DNA of 32,000 bases from Zymomonas mobilis subsp. mobilis ATCC 10988 (GTDB lineage: Bacteria; Pseudomonadota; Alphaproteobacteria; Sphingomonadales; Sphingomonadaceae), in NCBI RefSeq assembly GCF_000175255.2, contig NC_017262.1, positions 660,001-692,000 on the forward strand, written 5' to 3'. The position numbers and the translations under genes are program-made. The notes beneath the pieces are model-generated. The model had not been told where the DNA came from. It saw only the letters and a list, made by a program, of their open reading frames with translations, and made no database searches. Shown one piece after another: positions 9,590-19,202 of the stretch (positions within the stretch are counted from its first letter, which is position 1; each line of letters begins with the position of its first letter).

Positions 9590-11116
9590 CTATAAAAATT
9601 CGACCACTTCGCTGGCTTCAAAACTATTCGCCAAAGACCGCAATCGGCGCAGGACGGTCTCGCCTTTTAATTTATAATTACCGGAAAATTGCAGGATAAT
9701 TTTGTTATTCCGATAAAGAATAGTGCTTTTTTTCAGGCTAGTCGTTACACCGCCTGACAAACGCATACCCAAACGAATGGCTTTACCCCAACGCACAGCG
9801 CGGATCGTATCCGCTTCACTCAACAAATTATTAGTGATTTTCTTATCCATTGCACCGTCATAGCTGACGGCTAAAGCCTGACCGATCAAAGCCCGTCCAT
9901 AGGCATCCAATCCGACCCAACGCCCATGTAGAATAATACTCAAAATTTGTTCAGCCCGAAAATCGGGATTAGCCTGCCAGGCGCTATCTGCCAATAAACA
10001 AGCCGCATGACGTAAACGGTGATAAGCGGGCGGATCTTGAGCAAAAAGGGTCGACATCCAATCGTAAAGCGCCTCACCCTGCTGATAAAAACGACCTGCC
10101 GTTTCACCGCGCTGATTGGCACTCCATAAAAGCGGGTCTAACTTGCGGGTTGCCTTATCAAGGCTAAGATAGAGCAAACCTTCCCTTAATCCATAAGCCG
10201 AAGTCACCAAGGCTCGGCTATGAAGATGACGGCTCACCACGGCTAACAACGCAGCTGCATCCGAAAGCTGCTCGACACGCGAAGTTGAAATATTCGCCTT
10301 ATTTTTCAACTTCTTGGGACTATTGCGCTGAATAACCCGTATCAATTTGGAAGGTCGATCGGGCGACATGATATAATTATGTAAAACAGGGATCGGATAA
10401 TGCCTGACATGCATATCCAATTTAGCCAAAGACCGCCAAGCGCCGCCGACCATATAGAAAGGCAAATCGCGGGCATCGGCCAGCCAATCAATCTTCTTAA
10501 AGGCTTCCGATATAAAGTTATCCAAAGCATTGCGGCTTTTTTTACGAATATCCGCAATTCTTAAAACACCCAAGGGCAAAGAAACTCTGTCCTTCACCCG
10601 CCCTTTCGATATACGGATCAGTTCAAGACTACCGCCACCCAAATCGCCAACAATTCCGTCTGCATCGGGGATAGCGGACAAAACGCCATAACCGGAAGCA
10701 TAGCCCTCTTCTTCGCCCGACAAGACTTCAACTTCTAGCCCGATTTTGGCTATTTCACCGAGAAGGAAAGCTCCATTTTTAGCATCTCTCACCGCGGCTG
10801 TCGCAACCGTTCTAAGAGAGCTAAGTTCCATAATTTGCGCTAATTTCCAAAAACGCGTTAATTCGGATATTGCCAGCTCAATCGCTTTTTCATCAATTCG
10901 GCCATCTACTGGAATATTGCGGCCTAATTGGGCTGAAATCTTTTCATTGAACAGGATTCTCGGGGCGCGACTTAACTGGTCATACACCACCAGACGGATG
11001 GAATTAGAACCAATATCAATGATACCGATAGGTCCCGATTTGCACCATTTTTTCTGTTTCGGCATCGGGCATTTTTTATCCACGTCGTTCGATCCCTGCC
11101 TGTTATTCAATATCAT
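9590..11116 (-). CDS. ppx: Exopolyphosphatase, Ppx/GppA family
   Basis: IGIIDIGSNSIRLVVYD, VLSGEEEGYASGYGVLSAI, GIVGDLGGGSLEL, SAYGLREGLLY. Confidence 0.93.
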   Translation of the reverse strand: MILNNRQGSNDVDKKCPMPKQKKWCKSGPIGIIDIGSNSIRLVVYDQLSRAPRILFNEKISAQLGRNIPVDGRIDEKAIELAISELTRFWKLAQIMELSSLRTVATAAVRDAKNGAFLLGEIAKIGLEVEVLSGEEEGYASGYGVLSAIPDADGIVGDLGGGSLELIRISKGRVKDRVSLPLGVLRIADIRKKSRNALDNFISEAFKKIDWLADARDLPFYMVGGAWRSLAKLDMHVRHYPIPVLHNYIMSPDRPSKLIRVIQRNSPKKLKNKANISTSRVEQLSDAAALLAVVSRHLHSRALVTSAYGLREGLLYLSLDKATRKLDPLLWSANQRGETAGRFYQQGEALYDWMSTLFAQDPPAYHRLRHAACLLADSAWQANPDFRAEQILSIILHGRWVGLDAYGRALIGQALAVSYDGAMDKKITNNLLSEADTIRAVRWGKAIRLGMRLSGGVTTSLKKSTILYRNNKIILQFSGNYKLKGETVLRRLRSLANSFEASEVVEFL

Positions 11117-11282
11117 GAAAAATCCGTTTTAAAGGGTCACTAGGACATAAAACTGGCCGCTAGGCAGGGAAAAACCTCCCTAATCCTATAATGCTCTTAT
11201 CCTATCACAGAAAAAAATCATTCCTTTTTATAGAAATATCGCCAGCCCATTATTAAAAAACAACAGGCTGGCTTATTCCATG

Positions 11283-13436
11283 CTAGATCTCTTCTCTAAG
11301 CTGCAATTTCGGAATTTTATTTTCAATCAAGGCCGTGCCACGCCCTGACAAGGATGGATTGGTCATAAAATAATGATGCAGATTGAACAAATGTTCGGGG
11401 TCTTTAATGCGTTCATAGCGGCCATCTGGTAACAAACGCCAACTCTGTTCGCTATCCAATAAATTGGCGACCATAATCTGATCTAATACCTGCGCATGAA
11501 CGGTCGGATTTTCGATCGGAACCAAAGTTTCAACGCGCCGGTCAAAATTCCGCTGCATCCAGTCAGCCGATGAAATAAAGACCAAGGCATCTTTATGGGG
11601 CAATCCATGTCCATTCCCGAAACAGACAATCCGGCTATGTTCCAAAAAGCGCCCGACAATAGATTTTACCCGAATATTATCGGACAACCCTGGCACTTGA
11701 GGCCGCAAGCAACAGATACCACGGACAATAAGGTCAATATGAACACCAGCCTGAGATGCCCGATACAGGCTTTCAATAATGGCCGGATCAACCACTGAAT
11801 TTAATTTAGCCCAGATGACACCCGGCCGCCCTGCTTTGACATGCTCGATTTCAGCATCAATCAACTTCTGTAATTTATCCCGCAAACCATGCGGCGACAA
11901 AGACAACATTTCAAGATGCGGCGGCTCGACATAACCGGTGACATAATTAAAAAGCTGGGCGGCATCACGCCCTGCCCGCTGATCGGCGGTAAAGAAACTC
12001 AAATCAGTATAAATACGCGCCGTTACCGGATGGTAATTGCCGGTTCCGAAATGGCAATAGGTGCGATAACTGTTGCCTTCGCGACGAACAACCATCGAAA
12101 CCTTGGCATGGGTTTTCCAGTCAATAAAGCCATAGACAACCTGAACCCCTGCCCGTTCCAATTGGGTCGCCCATTTCAAATTCTGTTCTTCATCAAAACG
12201 GGCTTTCAACTCAACCAAGGCCGTTACCGATTTCCCCGCATCAGCCGCGTCAACCAGCGAGCGAATAACCGCGGATTGTTTACCAGCGCGGTATAATGTT
12301 TGCTTGATAGCCACGACATCGGGATCGGCGGCTGCTTGCTGTAAAAAGGCCAAAACGACGTCAAAGGTTTCGTAGGGGTGATGGACGATGATATCTTTTG
12401 CGCGAATAGCTGCGAAGCAGTCGCCGCCATATTCCATAATCCGTTCGGGAAATCGAGGCGTGAAAGGCGCGAATTTTAAATCCGGCCTCTCTTCTTCCAC
12501 CATTCGACTTAAATCAGAAATAGCGAGGAAACCGCTGCTCTGGAATAAAATTGCATCACCGCTAATCTCATCACAAACCAGTTTTTCCAAATCCGGCGGC
12601 ATATCTTTTTCCATTTCCAGCTGGATAACACGCCCTTTGCGGCGCATTTTCAACGCAGAATGGAAAGACAGAACAAGATCTTCGGCCTCTTCCTGAAATT
12701 CGATATCACTATCACGGATAAGACGGAATGCACCGTGACTGATGACATCAAAACCGGGGAAAAGAATAGAAACAAAACGCCGGATCAAGGTCTCAATCGC
12801 AACATAACGCGCCGGATTTTGCGGTGAACTGGCACCAGAAGGTAAACGGATAAAACGCGGCAAGGTCGACGGAATCATCAATAATTCACGCACCGGAATT
12901 TTATCAACCTGCCGCACCAGATCAAAAACAAGGCTAAAGCCTTTATTCGGAATAAAGGGGAAAGGATGCGCTGGATCAAGCGCTTGCGGTGTCAAAACCG
13001 GAAAAACCTGTTCCCGAAAATGATTTTCCAAAATTTCGGCATCTTCGCCGTTAATTTCGTCGATATTCAACACTTGAATACCAACGGTTTTCATCTCTTC
13101 ACGCAACGACAACCAACATTCTTGCTGGCTTGCCATCAATTCGCGGGTGCTCTCTGTCAACGCCGCTAATTGCTGACCAATCGTCATACCGTCATTGGAA
13201 TACGCATTCAGGCTTTGCAGTTGCTGGCCTTTTAATCCGGCCACGCGAACCATGAAAAATTCATCAAGATTATTGCCGGAAATAGACAGGAAACGTAACC
13301 GCTCCAATAACGGATGAACCTTGTTGCCAGCCTCTTCAAGGACGCGATGATTAAAGGACAACCATGACAATTCCCGATTAAAAAAACGTTCATTCAGAGG
13401 TAGTTGGGCAATAAGGGACATATTATTTTCTTTCAT
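11283..13436 (-). CDS. ppk: Polyphosphate kinase 1
   Basis: FFNRELSWLSFNHRVLEEA, HHPYETFDVVLAFLQQAAADPDVVAIKQTLYRAG, HFGTGNYHP, GICCLRPQVPG. Confidence 0.98.
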   Translation of the reverse strand: MKENNMSLIAQLPLNERFFNRELSWLSFNHRVLEEAGNKVHPLLERLRFLSISGNNLDEFFMVRVAGLKGQQLQSLNAYSNDGMTIGQQLAALTESTRELMASQQECWLSLREEMKTVGIQVLNIDEINGEDAEILENHFREQVFPVLTPQALDPAHPFPFIPNKGFSLVFDLVRQVDKIPVRELLMIPSTLPRFIRLPSGASSPQNPARYVAIETLIRRFVSILFPGFDVISHGAFRLIRDSDIEFQEEAEDLVLSFHSALKMRRKGRVIQLEMEKDMPPDLEKLVCDEISGDAILFQSSGFLAISDLSRMVEEERPDLKFAPFTPRFPERIMEYGGDCFAAIRAKDIIVHHPYETFDVVLAFLQQAAADPDVVAIKQTLYRAGKQSAVIRSLVDAADAGKSVTALVELKARFDEEQNLKWATQLERAGVQVVYGFIDWKTHAKVSMVVRREGNSYRTYCHFGTGNYHPVTARIYTDLSFFTADQRAGRDAAQLFNYVTGYVEPPHLEMLSLSPHGLRDKLQKLIDAEIEHVKAGRPGVIWAKLNSVVDPAIIESLYRASQAGVHIDLIVRGICCLRPQVPGLSDNIRVKSIVGRFLEHSRIVCFGNGHGLPHKDALVFISSADWMQRNFDRRVETLVPIENPTVHAQVLDQIMVANLLDSEQSWRLLPDGRYERIKDPEHLFNLHHYFMTNPSLSGRGTALIENKIPKLQLREEI

Positions 13437-13617
13437 CCATTAAGCGGAAAAGAACCACTGGCAGCTATCTCGACAAAAACGATCAGGCGCTTTCTCAACT
13501 TTGTATAGTGACAGATCTGATTTTCGAATCAACTCTATCAAAGATATGTGATATTTTTATAAAACCGCTTTTCTTTCTTCCGGTTGCCCCATAACGACAA
13601 AAAAAGACGACCCCGAA

Positions 13618-14262
13618 TTATATTTTTCGGCCACGTCTTTCTTCATCGGGGATTTCTTCACCGGCCATAATCGCGCGCACCATATTCAGGGTAATCGGGC
13701 CCCGTCTTTTCAAGGCCGCCTGATCCAACTTGTCGATCCAGTCCAAAACCGCAATATAATTATGCTCGATACGCGGCGTTACCCATTCCAATATTTCGGT
13801 TGAAACTGGCAATCCACGTCGCCCCAAACGCCTTTCAATCAAGGCCGCAATCAACGAATCGTCCGGTGCCTTAATCACCAAATGGGGGCTCGCTATCATT
13901 CGAGAACGTAAATCCGGCAATCTAATTTTCCAAAGCGGCGGCGGTTGATCGGCAATCACCAACAAAGGTCGCTTTAATCGCTCCGCCCTATTCCATGCAT
14001 GGAAAATAAATTCTTCTGACCGTCTTTCCGCATTATCAATCAATTCGCCGCCGGTGCGGGCAACAAACAGTCGCCCCAAAAGGCTGCGCCCCGATTTACG
14101 CATACCTGTTAAAAGCGCCGATTTTACAGGCCATTTCTGCCACAAACGCAACTGCTCAACGGCGATATTATTGGCGTCACTGACAATAAAATCTCCATCA
14201 TTTTCTGGCTCTGGCCAGATCAGAGGCAATGCCATCTGGGTGACAGGAGGAGAAGAGGTCAT
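13618..14262 (-). CDS. HdaA-like DnaA-related regulatory ATPase
   Basis: 214 aa, small DnaA-like protein: ALPLIWPEP...DFIVSDANNIAVEQL..W..WPVKSALLTGMRKSGRSLLGRLF...DLRSRMIASPHLVIKAPDDSLIAALIERRLGRRGLPVS. Confidence 0.8.
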   Translation of the reverse strand: MTSSPPVTQMALPLIWPEPENDGDFIVSDANNIAVEQLRLWQKWPVKSALLTGMRKSGRSLLGRLFVARTGGELIDNAERRSEEFIFHAWNRAERLKRPLLVIADQPPPLWKIRLPDLRSRMIASPHLVIKAPDDSLIAALIERRLGRRGLPVSTEILEWVTPRIEHNYIAVLDWIDKLDQAALKRRGPITLNMVRAIMAGEEIPDEERRGRKI

Positions 14263-14265
14263 CGG

Positions 14266-15363
14266 TCAGGGCGTGGGCGCCAAGGGCGCCTCCTTTCTTT
14301 TTTCGGGGCTGGATAAGCCAGCTTGGTTATCATTTTTCAAAACAGCCTTCCCTTGCGGGGAAGAAACCGGCGTTGGGGTTATCGTTCTTTGCGTAAATGT
14401 CGACACTTCCGAAGCCGGAGCCTCGATAGAAATAAAGGTCTGATCATTTTCAAGATTACCGCCAAACAAAGCCATCATATAGATCGCATCTATATGCTCA
14501 ACACCTTGTTTTAATAAGACAGGTAAATTCTCTACCGAAGCCGTTTTTAAAGTAAAATGGCCTAATATTTTTTGATCAATACCGTATTTCGCTAAAAAGG
14601 AAACAGAAACAGGGCCTCCCGGCCAACTATAATGCAACCGTATTTCAGGAGTCAAAAGACCACTCGCGCCATATTGCTCCAAAATATTTTGCCATTGTGC
14701 CTTATTATGGCTGCCAAGCTGGGTCGCATTCAACAAAACTGGATCAAGATTATCGCCAGTCGGCCTGACATAGGCAATGTGACTATGGCTGGTTTTGAAT
14801 TCTGCCCAGGCTTTTTGCCAGGCATTCCGCCATTCAAAACTAATCGGCGCTCCGGCTGTCCATGTCAAAGGCACCAATAACATCGGCGAAGAATGGTGAT
14901 GATTCTTGCGAAGGCCAAGTAACGCCCCACCCCGCGCCCGATCGAACTCTACCCCCAAAGTAGCAATATAACGATTCGCGCTAATCTCTTCTTTTTCAAC
15001 CACTACCGAAGACACAATCGAATCCAGCTTTTTGTCAGAAAAAGGCGTGGTTGGATCTTTCAGATTATCATCGCGGTCAAAATCATTCCGCTTGTCCCAC
15101 AATAATTGCCAGGCTTTTCTCTCTGCCAAACGCCATCCAATCAATCGGGCATTTTCACCTGATGAAGCACTGACATCGACACGAATACCGGTGACCAACA
15201 AATTTTCGGTTGTCTCAACTGGCGGAATACCTCTATCTCCCGGTTCAAGCTGGGCATAGGCAATGGTCGGGAACAAACTGTAACCGGTTATTATGGCCGG
15301 TAACAATCCGAAGAAAAAACGGGAAACTCCGTCAAAAAATGCTAATCTCCGCTTCACATGCAA
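14266..15363 (-). CDS. Secreted/periplasmic hypothetical protein (possibly DUF2066-like)
   Basis: N-terminal hydrophobic signal followed by ENLLVTGIRVDVSASSGENARLIGWRLAERKAWQLLW; 3 nt upstream of the HdaA-like gene. Confidence 0.65.
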   Translation of the reverse strand: MHVKRRLAFFDGVSRFFFGLLPAIITGYSLFPTIAYAQLEPGDRGIPPVETTENLLVTGIRVDVSASSGENARLIGWRLAERKAWQLLWDKRNDFDRDDNLKDPTTPFSDKKLDSIVSSVVVEKEEISANRYIATLGVEFDRARGGALLGLRKNHHHSSPMLLVPLTWTAGAPISFEWRNAWQKAWAEFKTSHSHIAYVRPTGDNLDPVLLNATQLGSHNKAQWQNILEQYGASGLLTPEIRLHYSWPGGPVSVSFLAKYGIDQKILGHFTLKTASVENLPVLLKQGVEHIDAIYMMALFGGNLENDQTFISIEAPASEVSTFTQRTITPTPVSSPQGKAVLKNDNQAGLSSPEKRKEAPLAPTP

Positions 15364-15417
15364 CCTTTTGAACAGTTCAGCTTAGAAATCCAAGTCTGAT
15401 GGTGTAGGGCTTTTTTT

Positions 15418-16518
15418 ATGACTAATAACAGCACGCAAAAATACAGTTATGCCGATGCCGGCGTTTCTATCGCAACCGGTAATGCGCTGGTCAAAGCCAT
15501 TGCACCCCTTGCCCGTGCGACGGCGAGAGCCGGAGCCAATGCCGATCTCGGAGGTTTCGGCGGCTTTTTTGATTTAAAAGCAGCCGGCTTCAATGATCCG
15601 TTACTGGTCGCGGCGAATGATGGTGTCGGAACCAAGGTAAAATTGGCGATTACCGGCAACCGTCACGATCATGTAGGCATTGACCTTGTGGCGATGTGTG
15701 TCAATGACCTGATTGTCCAAGGTGCCGAACCTTTATTCTTTTTAGACTATTTTGCTTCAGGTCATCTCGATCCCGAATTAGCCAAAAGAGTCATCGCAGG
15801 TATTGCCGAAGGCTGCAAGATTGCCGGCTGCGCTTTGATCGGTGGCGAAACGGCTGAAATGCCCGGCCTCTACGCCGATGGCGATTACGATCTGGCGGGT
15901 TTCTCTGTTGGTGCCGTCGAACGTTCTCAAGTGTTGGAAGCAGGTCGCGTCCGTGCGGGTGACATCATTCTGGGTATGGCCTCTTCCGGTGTTCACTCCA
16001 ACGGTTTTTCGCTTGTCCGCAAATTAGCCGACGGCCAAAAATGGGATTTAAAGGCTCCAGCGCCTTTCAAAAAGGACACGCTTCTTATTGATGTCTTGAT
16101 GGAACCGACCCGCATTTATGTCCGGTCACTATTACCTCTCATCCGCCAGAATGTCATTGCAGCCTTGGCACATATCACCGGCGGCGGTTTGCTTGAAAAT
16201 ATTCCGCGCACGCTTCCCGACAACTGCCATGCCGTTATTGATGCCAATCGTTGGGAACAGCCGGATTTGATGCAATTCTTGCAGCAAGAAGGCAATCTTG
16301 ATCCCGCCGAAATGGCGAGAACCTTTAACTGCGGTATTGGCATGGCGGTAATCGTCCATCCCGAAGATGCTGCCACCGTCCAAGCCGCTTTACATGAAGC
16401 AGGCGAAAGTGTTTATTCCATCGGAATAATCGAAGAAGGTCAGAAAGGCTGCACAGTTGCAGGCAAAGCCGGAAGCTGGAACAGCACTTCAGACTGGAAA
16501 GTAACCCATAATGGCTAA
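15418..16518 (+). CDS. purM: Phosphoribosylformylglycinamidine cyclo-ligase
   Basis: [54 protein letters not shown]. Confidence 0.98.
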   Translation: MTNNSTQKYSYADAGVSIATGNALVKAIAPLARATARAGANADLGGFGGFFDLKAAGFNDPLLVAANDGVGTKVKLAITGNRHDHVGIDLVAMCVNDLIVQGAEPLFFLDYFASGHLDPELAKRVIAGIAEGCKIAGCALIGGETAEMPGLYADGDYDLAGFSVGAVERSQVLEAGRVRAGDIILGMASSGVHSNGFSLVRKLADGQKWDLKAPAPFKKDTLLIDVLMEPTRIYVRSLLPLIRQNVIAALAHITGGGLLENIPRTLPDNCHAVIDANRWEQPDLMQFLQQEGNLDPAEMARTFNCGIGMAVIVHPEDAATVQAALHEAGESVYSIGIIEEGQKGCTVAGKAGSWNSTSDWKVTHNG

Positions 16519-17137
16519 TAGCCCAGCAAAGAAGAAGGTCGGTGTTTTAATCTCCGGCCGTGGATCGAATATGGAAGCCTTGATCGAGGCTTCCAACCGC
16601 CCCGATTGCCCTTATGAAATCACCTTGGTCTTCTCCAATATTGAAGATGCCCAAGGCCTCAAAATCGCCGAAGAGGCTGGCATCAAAACAGCTTTTCTCG
16701 ATCATCGCGGACATGGCGGACGGGCAGCTTATGATCAAAAAGTGCTGGCTATCTTACAGGAAGCCAAACTCGATATCGTGGTTCTCGCCGGTTATATGCG
16801 GATTGTAACGCCGGAATTTGTCTCAGCATGGGAAGGCCGGATGCTCAACATCCACCCCGCCCTTTTACCGAGCTTTACTGGACTTGATACCCATAAACGC
16901 GCGCTAGAATCTGGGGTCAGATGGCATGGCTGCACCGTGCATTTTGTCACTTCCGAACTAGATGCTGGGCCCATCATCACACAGGCGGCCGTTCCGGTCT
17001 ACGAAGACGACACCGAAGATAGCTTGGCAAAAAGGGTGTTGAAAGAAGAACACCGCATCTACGCCGAGGCGCTAGAAGACCTTGCTGCCGATCGTCTTAT
17101 TCTCAAAGATAACCGCGTTTTTCATAAGAAAGGATAA
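16511..17137 (+). CDS. purN: Phosphoribosylglycinamide formyltransferase
   Basis: [62 protein letters not shown]; overlaps the purM stop by 8 nt. Confidence 0.98.
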   Translation: MANSPAKKKVGVLISGRGSNMEALIEASNRPDCPYEITLVFSNIEDAQGLKIAEEAGIKTAFLDHRGHGGRAAYDQKVLAILQEAKLDIVVLAGYMRIVTPEFVSAWEGRMLNIHPALLPSFTGLDTHKRALESGVRWHGCTVHFVTSELDAGPIITQAAVPVYEDDTEDSLAKRVLKEEHRIYAEALEDLAADRLILKDNRVFHKKG

Positions 17138-17141
17138 TCTT

Positions 17142-17906
17142 ATGACAAAGGAATCTTCTGTCAAAATCGGTTTGATTGGCGCGGCTGGCCGGATGGGGAA
17201 AGCCATTCAAGAAGCCGCATCACAGCAAGACATTCAGCTATCTGGTGGCATCGGCCGGAAAGGTGCCGAATTCGGCAGCTATAACGATAGCGAAAGTCTG
17301 GCCAAGGCCTCTGATGTTTTGATCGACTTTTCAACGGCGGCGGCTCTTAAAGATAATATCGAAGCCGCCCTCCATCACAAAAAACCGATTATTATCGGCA
17401 CGACCGGCCTTACGGAAGCCGATCACCAACTGATTGAGCAAGCCGCTTCTAAAATTCCGGTTATCTTGGCCGCTAACACCTCGCTTGGGGTCAATATGCT
17501 GGCTGCTTTGGTCAAACAGGCTGCCGCCAAATTAGGCAGCGATTGGGATATCGAAATTGTGGAGATGCATCATCGCCACAAGAAAGATGCTCCATCAGGC
17601 ACAGCTTTATTACTAGGACGTGCCGCCGCCGAAGGCCGTGGCGAAAAATTGGAAGACATCGCCGATTTACAGCGCTGCCCCGCCACCGAACCGCGCGAAA
17701 CAGGCCGGATCGGCTTTGCCAGCTTACGGGGTGGCTCGGTTGCAGGCGACCATATGGTTGTTTTTGCGAGCGAAGGTGAAAGAATCGAATTAGGCCACCG
17801 CGCCGAAAGTCGGATTATTTTTGCCCGTGGTGCTTTGAAGGCCGCGCTTTGGCTTGCCGATCAATCTGCCGGATTTTACCAGATGAAGGACGTTCTTGGT
17901 TTATGA
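17142..17906 (+). CDS. dapB: 4-hydroxy-tetrahydrodipicolinate reductase
   Basis: VKIGLIGAAGRMGKAIQEAA, IIGTTGLTEADH, EIVEMHHRHKKDAPSGTALLLG; ORF track begins upstream at 17082, ATG 17142 fits the conserved N-terminus. Confidence 0.97.
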   Translation: MTKESSVKIGLIGAAGRMGKAIQEAASQQDIQLSGGIGRKGAEFGSYNDSESLAKASDVLIDFSTAAALKDNIEAALHHKKPIIIGTTGLTEADHQLIEQAASKIPVILAANTSLGVNMLAALVKQAAAKLGSDWDIEIVEMHHRHKKDAPSGTALLLGRAAAEGRGEKLEDIADLQRCPATEPRETGRIGFASLRGGSVAGDHMVVFASEGERIELGHRAESRIIFARGALKAALWLADQSAGFYQMKDVLGL

Positions 17907-18550
17907 CCCCCGATTCTGTTGAAGAATTTTATCGGCGCTTAGCCAAGGATAATCCCAATCCGCGTTCGGAATTGGTTTTCAAAAATCCTTATACTTTACT
18001 GGTATCGGTTGTCCTGTCCGCACAGGCAACCGATGTCAGCGTTAACAAGGCGACTGAACCGTTATTCAAAATTGTCGACACCCCGCAACAGATGGTTAAC
18101 CTCGGGGAAGATCGCTTGAAAGACTATATCCGATCCATCGGGCTTTATAATAACAAAGCCAAAAATATCATTGCCCTGTCGCATATTCTGGTTGAAAAAT
18201 ACCAAGGACAAGTGCCTGCCGATCAAAAGGCATTGGAAGCGTTACCGGGGGTTGGACGGAAAACTGCTTTGGTCGTTTTGAATGTCGCCTTCAATCGTCC
18301 TACCATCGCGGTCGACACCCATATTTTTCGGGTTGCCAACCGGACAGGACTTGCCCCTGGCAAAGATGTCCGCGCTGTCGAAAAGGCATTAGAAGACGTC
18401 ACGCCCGAAAAATATCGCCTTCATGCGCATCATTGGCTCATTCTTTTCGGACGTTATATCTGTAAGGCCAGAAAACCCGAATGCCTGCGCTGCTTCGAAT
18501 CTGACCTTTGCGCCGCCGTCAAGGAAACGGGTATTCCCCTTCAATCCTGA
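17903..18550 (+). CDS. nth: Endonuclease III
   Basis: LVSVVLSAQATDVSVNKAT, LEALPGVGRKTALVVLNVAF, VDTHIFRVANRTGL, 4Fe-4S Cys motif C-KARKPEC-LRC-FESDLC; ATGA overlap with dapB stop. Confidence 0.97.
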   Translation: MTPDSVEEFYRRLAKDNPNPRSELVFKNPYTLLVSVVLSAQATDVSVNKATEPLFKIVDTPQQMVNLGEDRLKDYIRSIGLYNNKAKNIIALSHILVEKYQGQVPADQKALEALPGVGRKTALVVLNVAFNRPTIAVDTHIFRVANRTGLAPGKDVRAVEKALEDVTPEKYRLHAHHWLILFGRYICKARKPECLRCFESDLCAAVKETGIPLQS

Positions 18551-18558
18551 TGCATCGC

Positions 18559-19167
18559 CTAGGATTCGAGGTCTTCAATATTGATCTTGAATATTCGGGC
18601 GATCACATCGGCTGAATGCCCTGCCCTTGCCATAGCCGCAAAATGCCGCCTTTTAATTTTGATATCATCCCGATCCTCTTTTTCATAAAAAGGGCCCAGA
18701 TGGCGTTTTTTGGCATAATGCAAAGCCGTTTCCATGGCTGAATCGTTATTTTCTGTCAGACTATCAATAATCTTTTCATCAATACCAGCTGCTTTTAAAG
18801 CCGATTTCACCCTAATTTTGCCATATCCTCGTCTTTTAAAGGCATTATATTTCATTTCTGCAAATAGGGGGTCATTGATATAGCCAAGATTGATACAATA
18901 AGAAATAATCGCATAAATATCAGGGGGTGCGGTGCCAATCCACCCAGACTGATTTATTTTTCGTTTCAAATACTCTGACAATTTTTTCGAAGATGTTGCA
19001 TAACGTCCAACATAATATAAAGCGAGTTGACGTAATGAATCCTCATCAAGAGGTTTGCGTTGCTTGTCTTTTAAATGGTGATGCACGACTTGCGTCTCTG
19101 TCATAGTTTGATAAAGAATTGGGCAGTTATTATCCCGGGATATGGGCGGGATATTTTCTGACAGCAT
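18559..19167 (-). CDS. recX: RecX family regulatory protein
   Basis: LRQLALYYVGRYATSSKKLSEYLKRKI, YAEMKYNAFKRRGYGKIRVKSALKAAGIDEKII. Confidence 0.85.
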   Translation of the reverse strand: MLSENIPPISRDNNCPILYQTMTETQVVHHHLKDKQRKPLDEDSLRQLALYYVGRYATSSKKLSEYLKRKINQSGWIGTAPPDIYAIISYCINLGYINDPLFAEMKYNAFKRRGYGKIRVKSALKAAGIDEKIIDSLTENNDSAMETALHYAKKRHLGPFYEKEDRDDIKIKRRHFAAMARAGHSADVIARIFKINIEDLES

Positions 19168-19202
19168 ACTCTAAAAAGGTATGCCCCGGGGAGGAATAAA
19201 CG

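Noticed and set aside
13503-13520. Pho-box-like CTGTCAC upstream of ppk on the minus strand
   Set aside because: Only one half-site is present; no second CTGTCAT-like repeat with 11-nt spacing.
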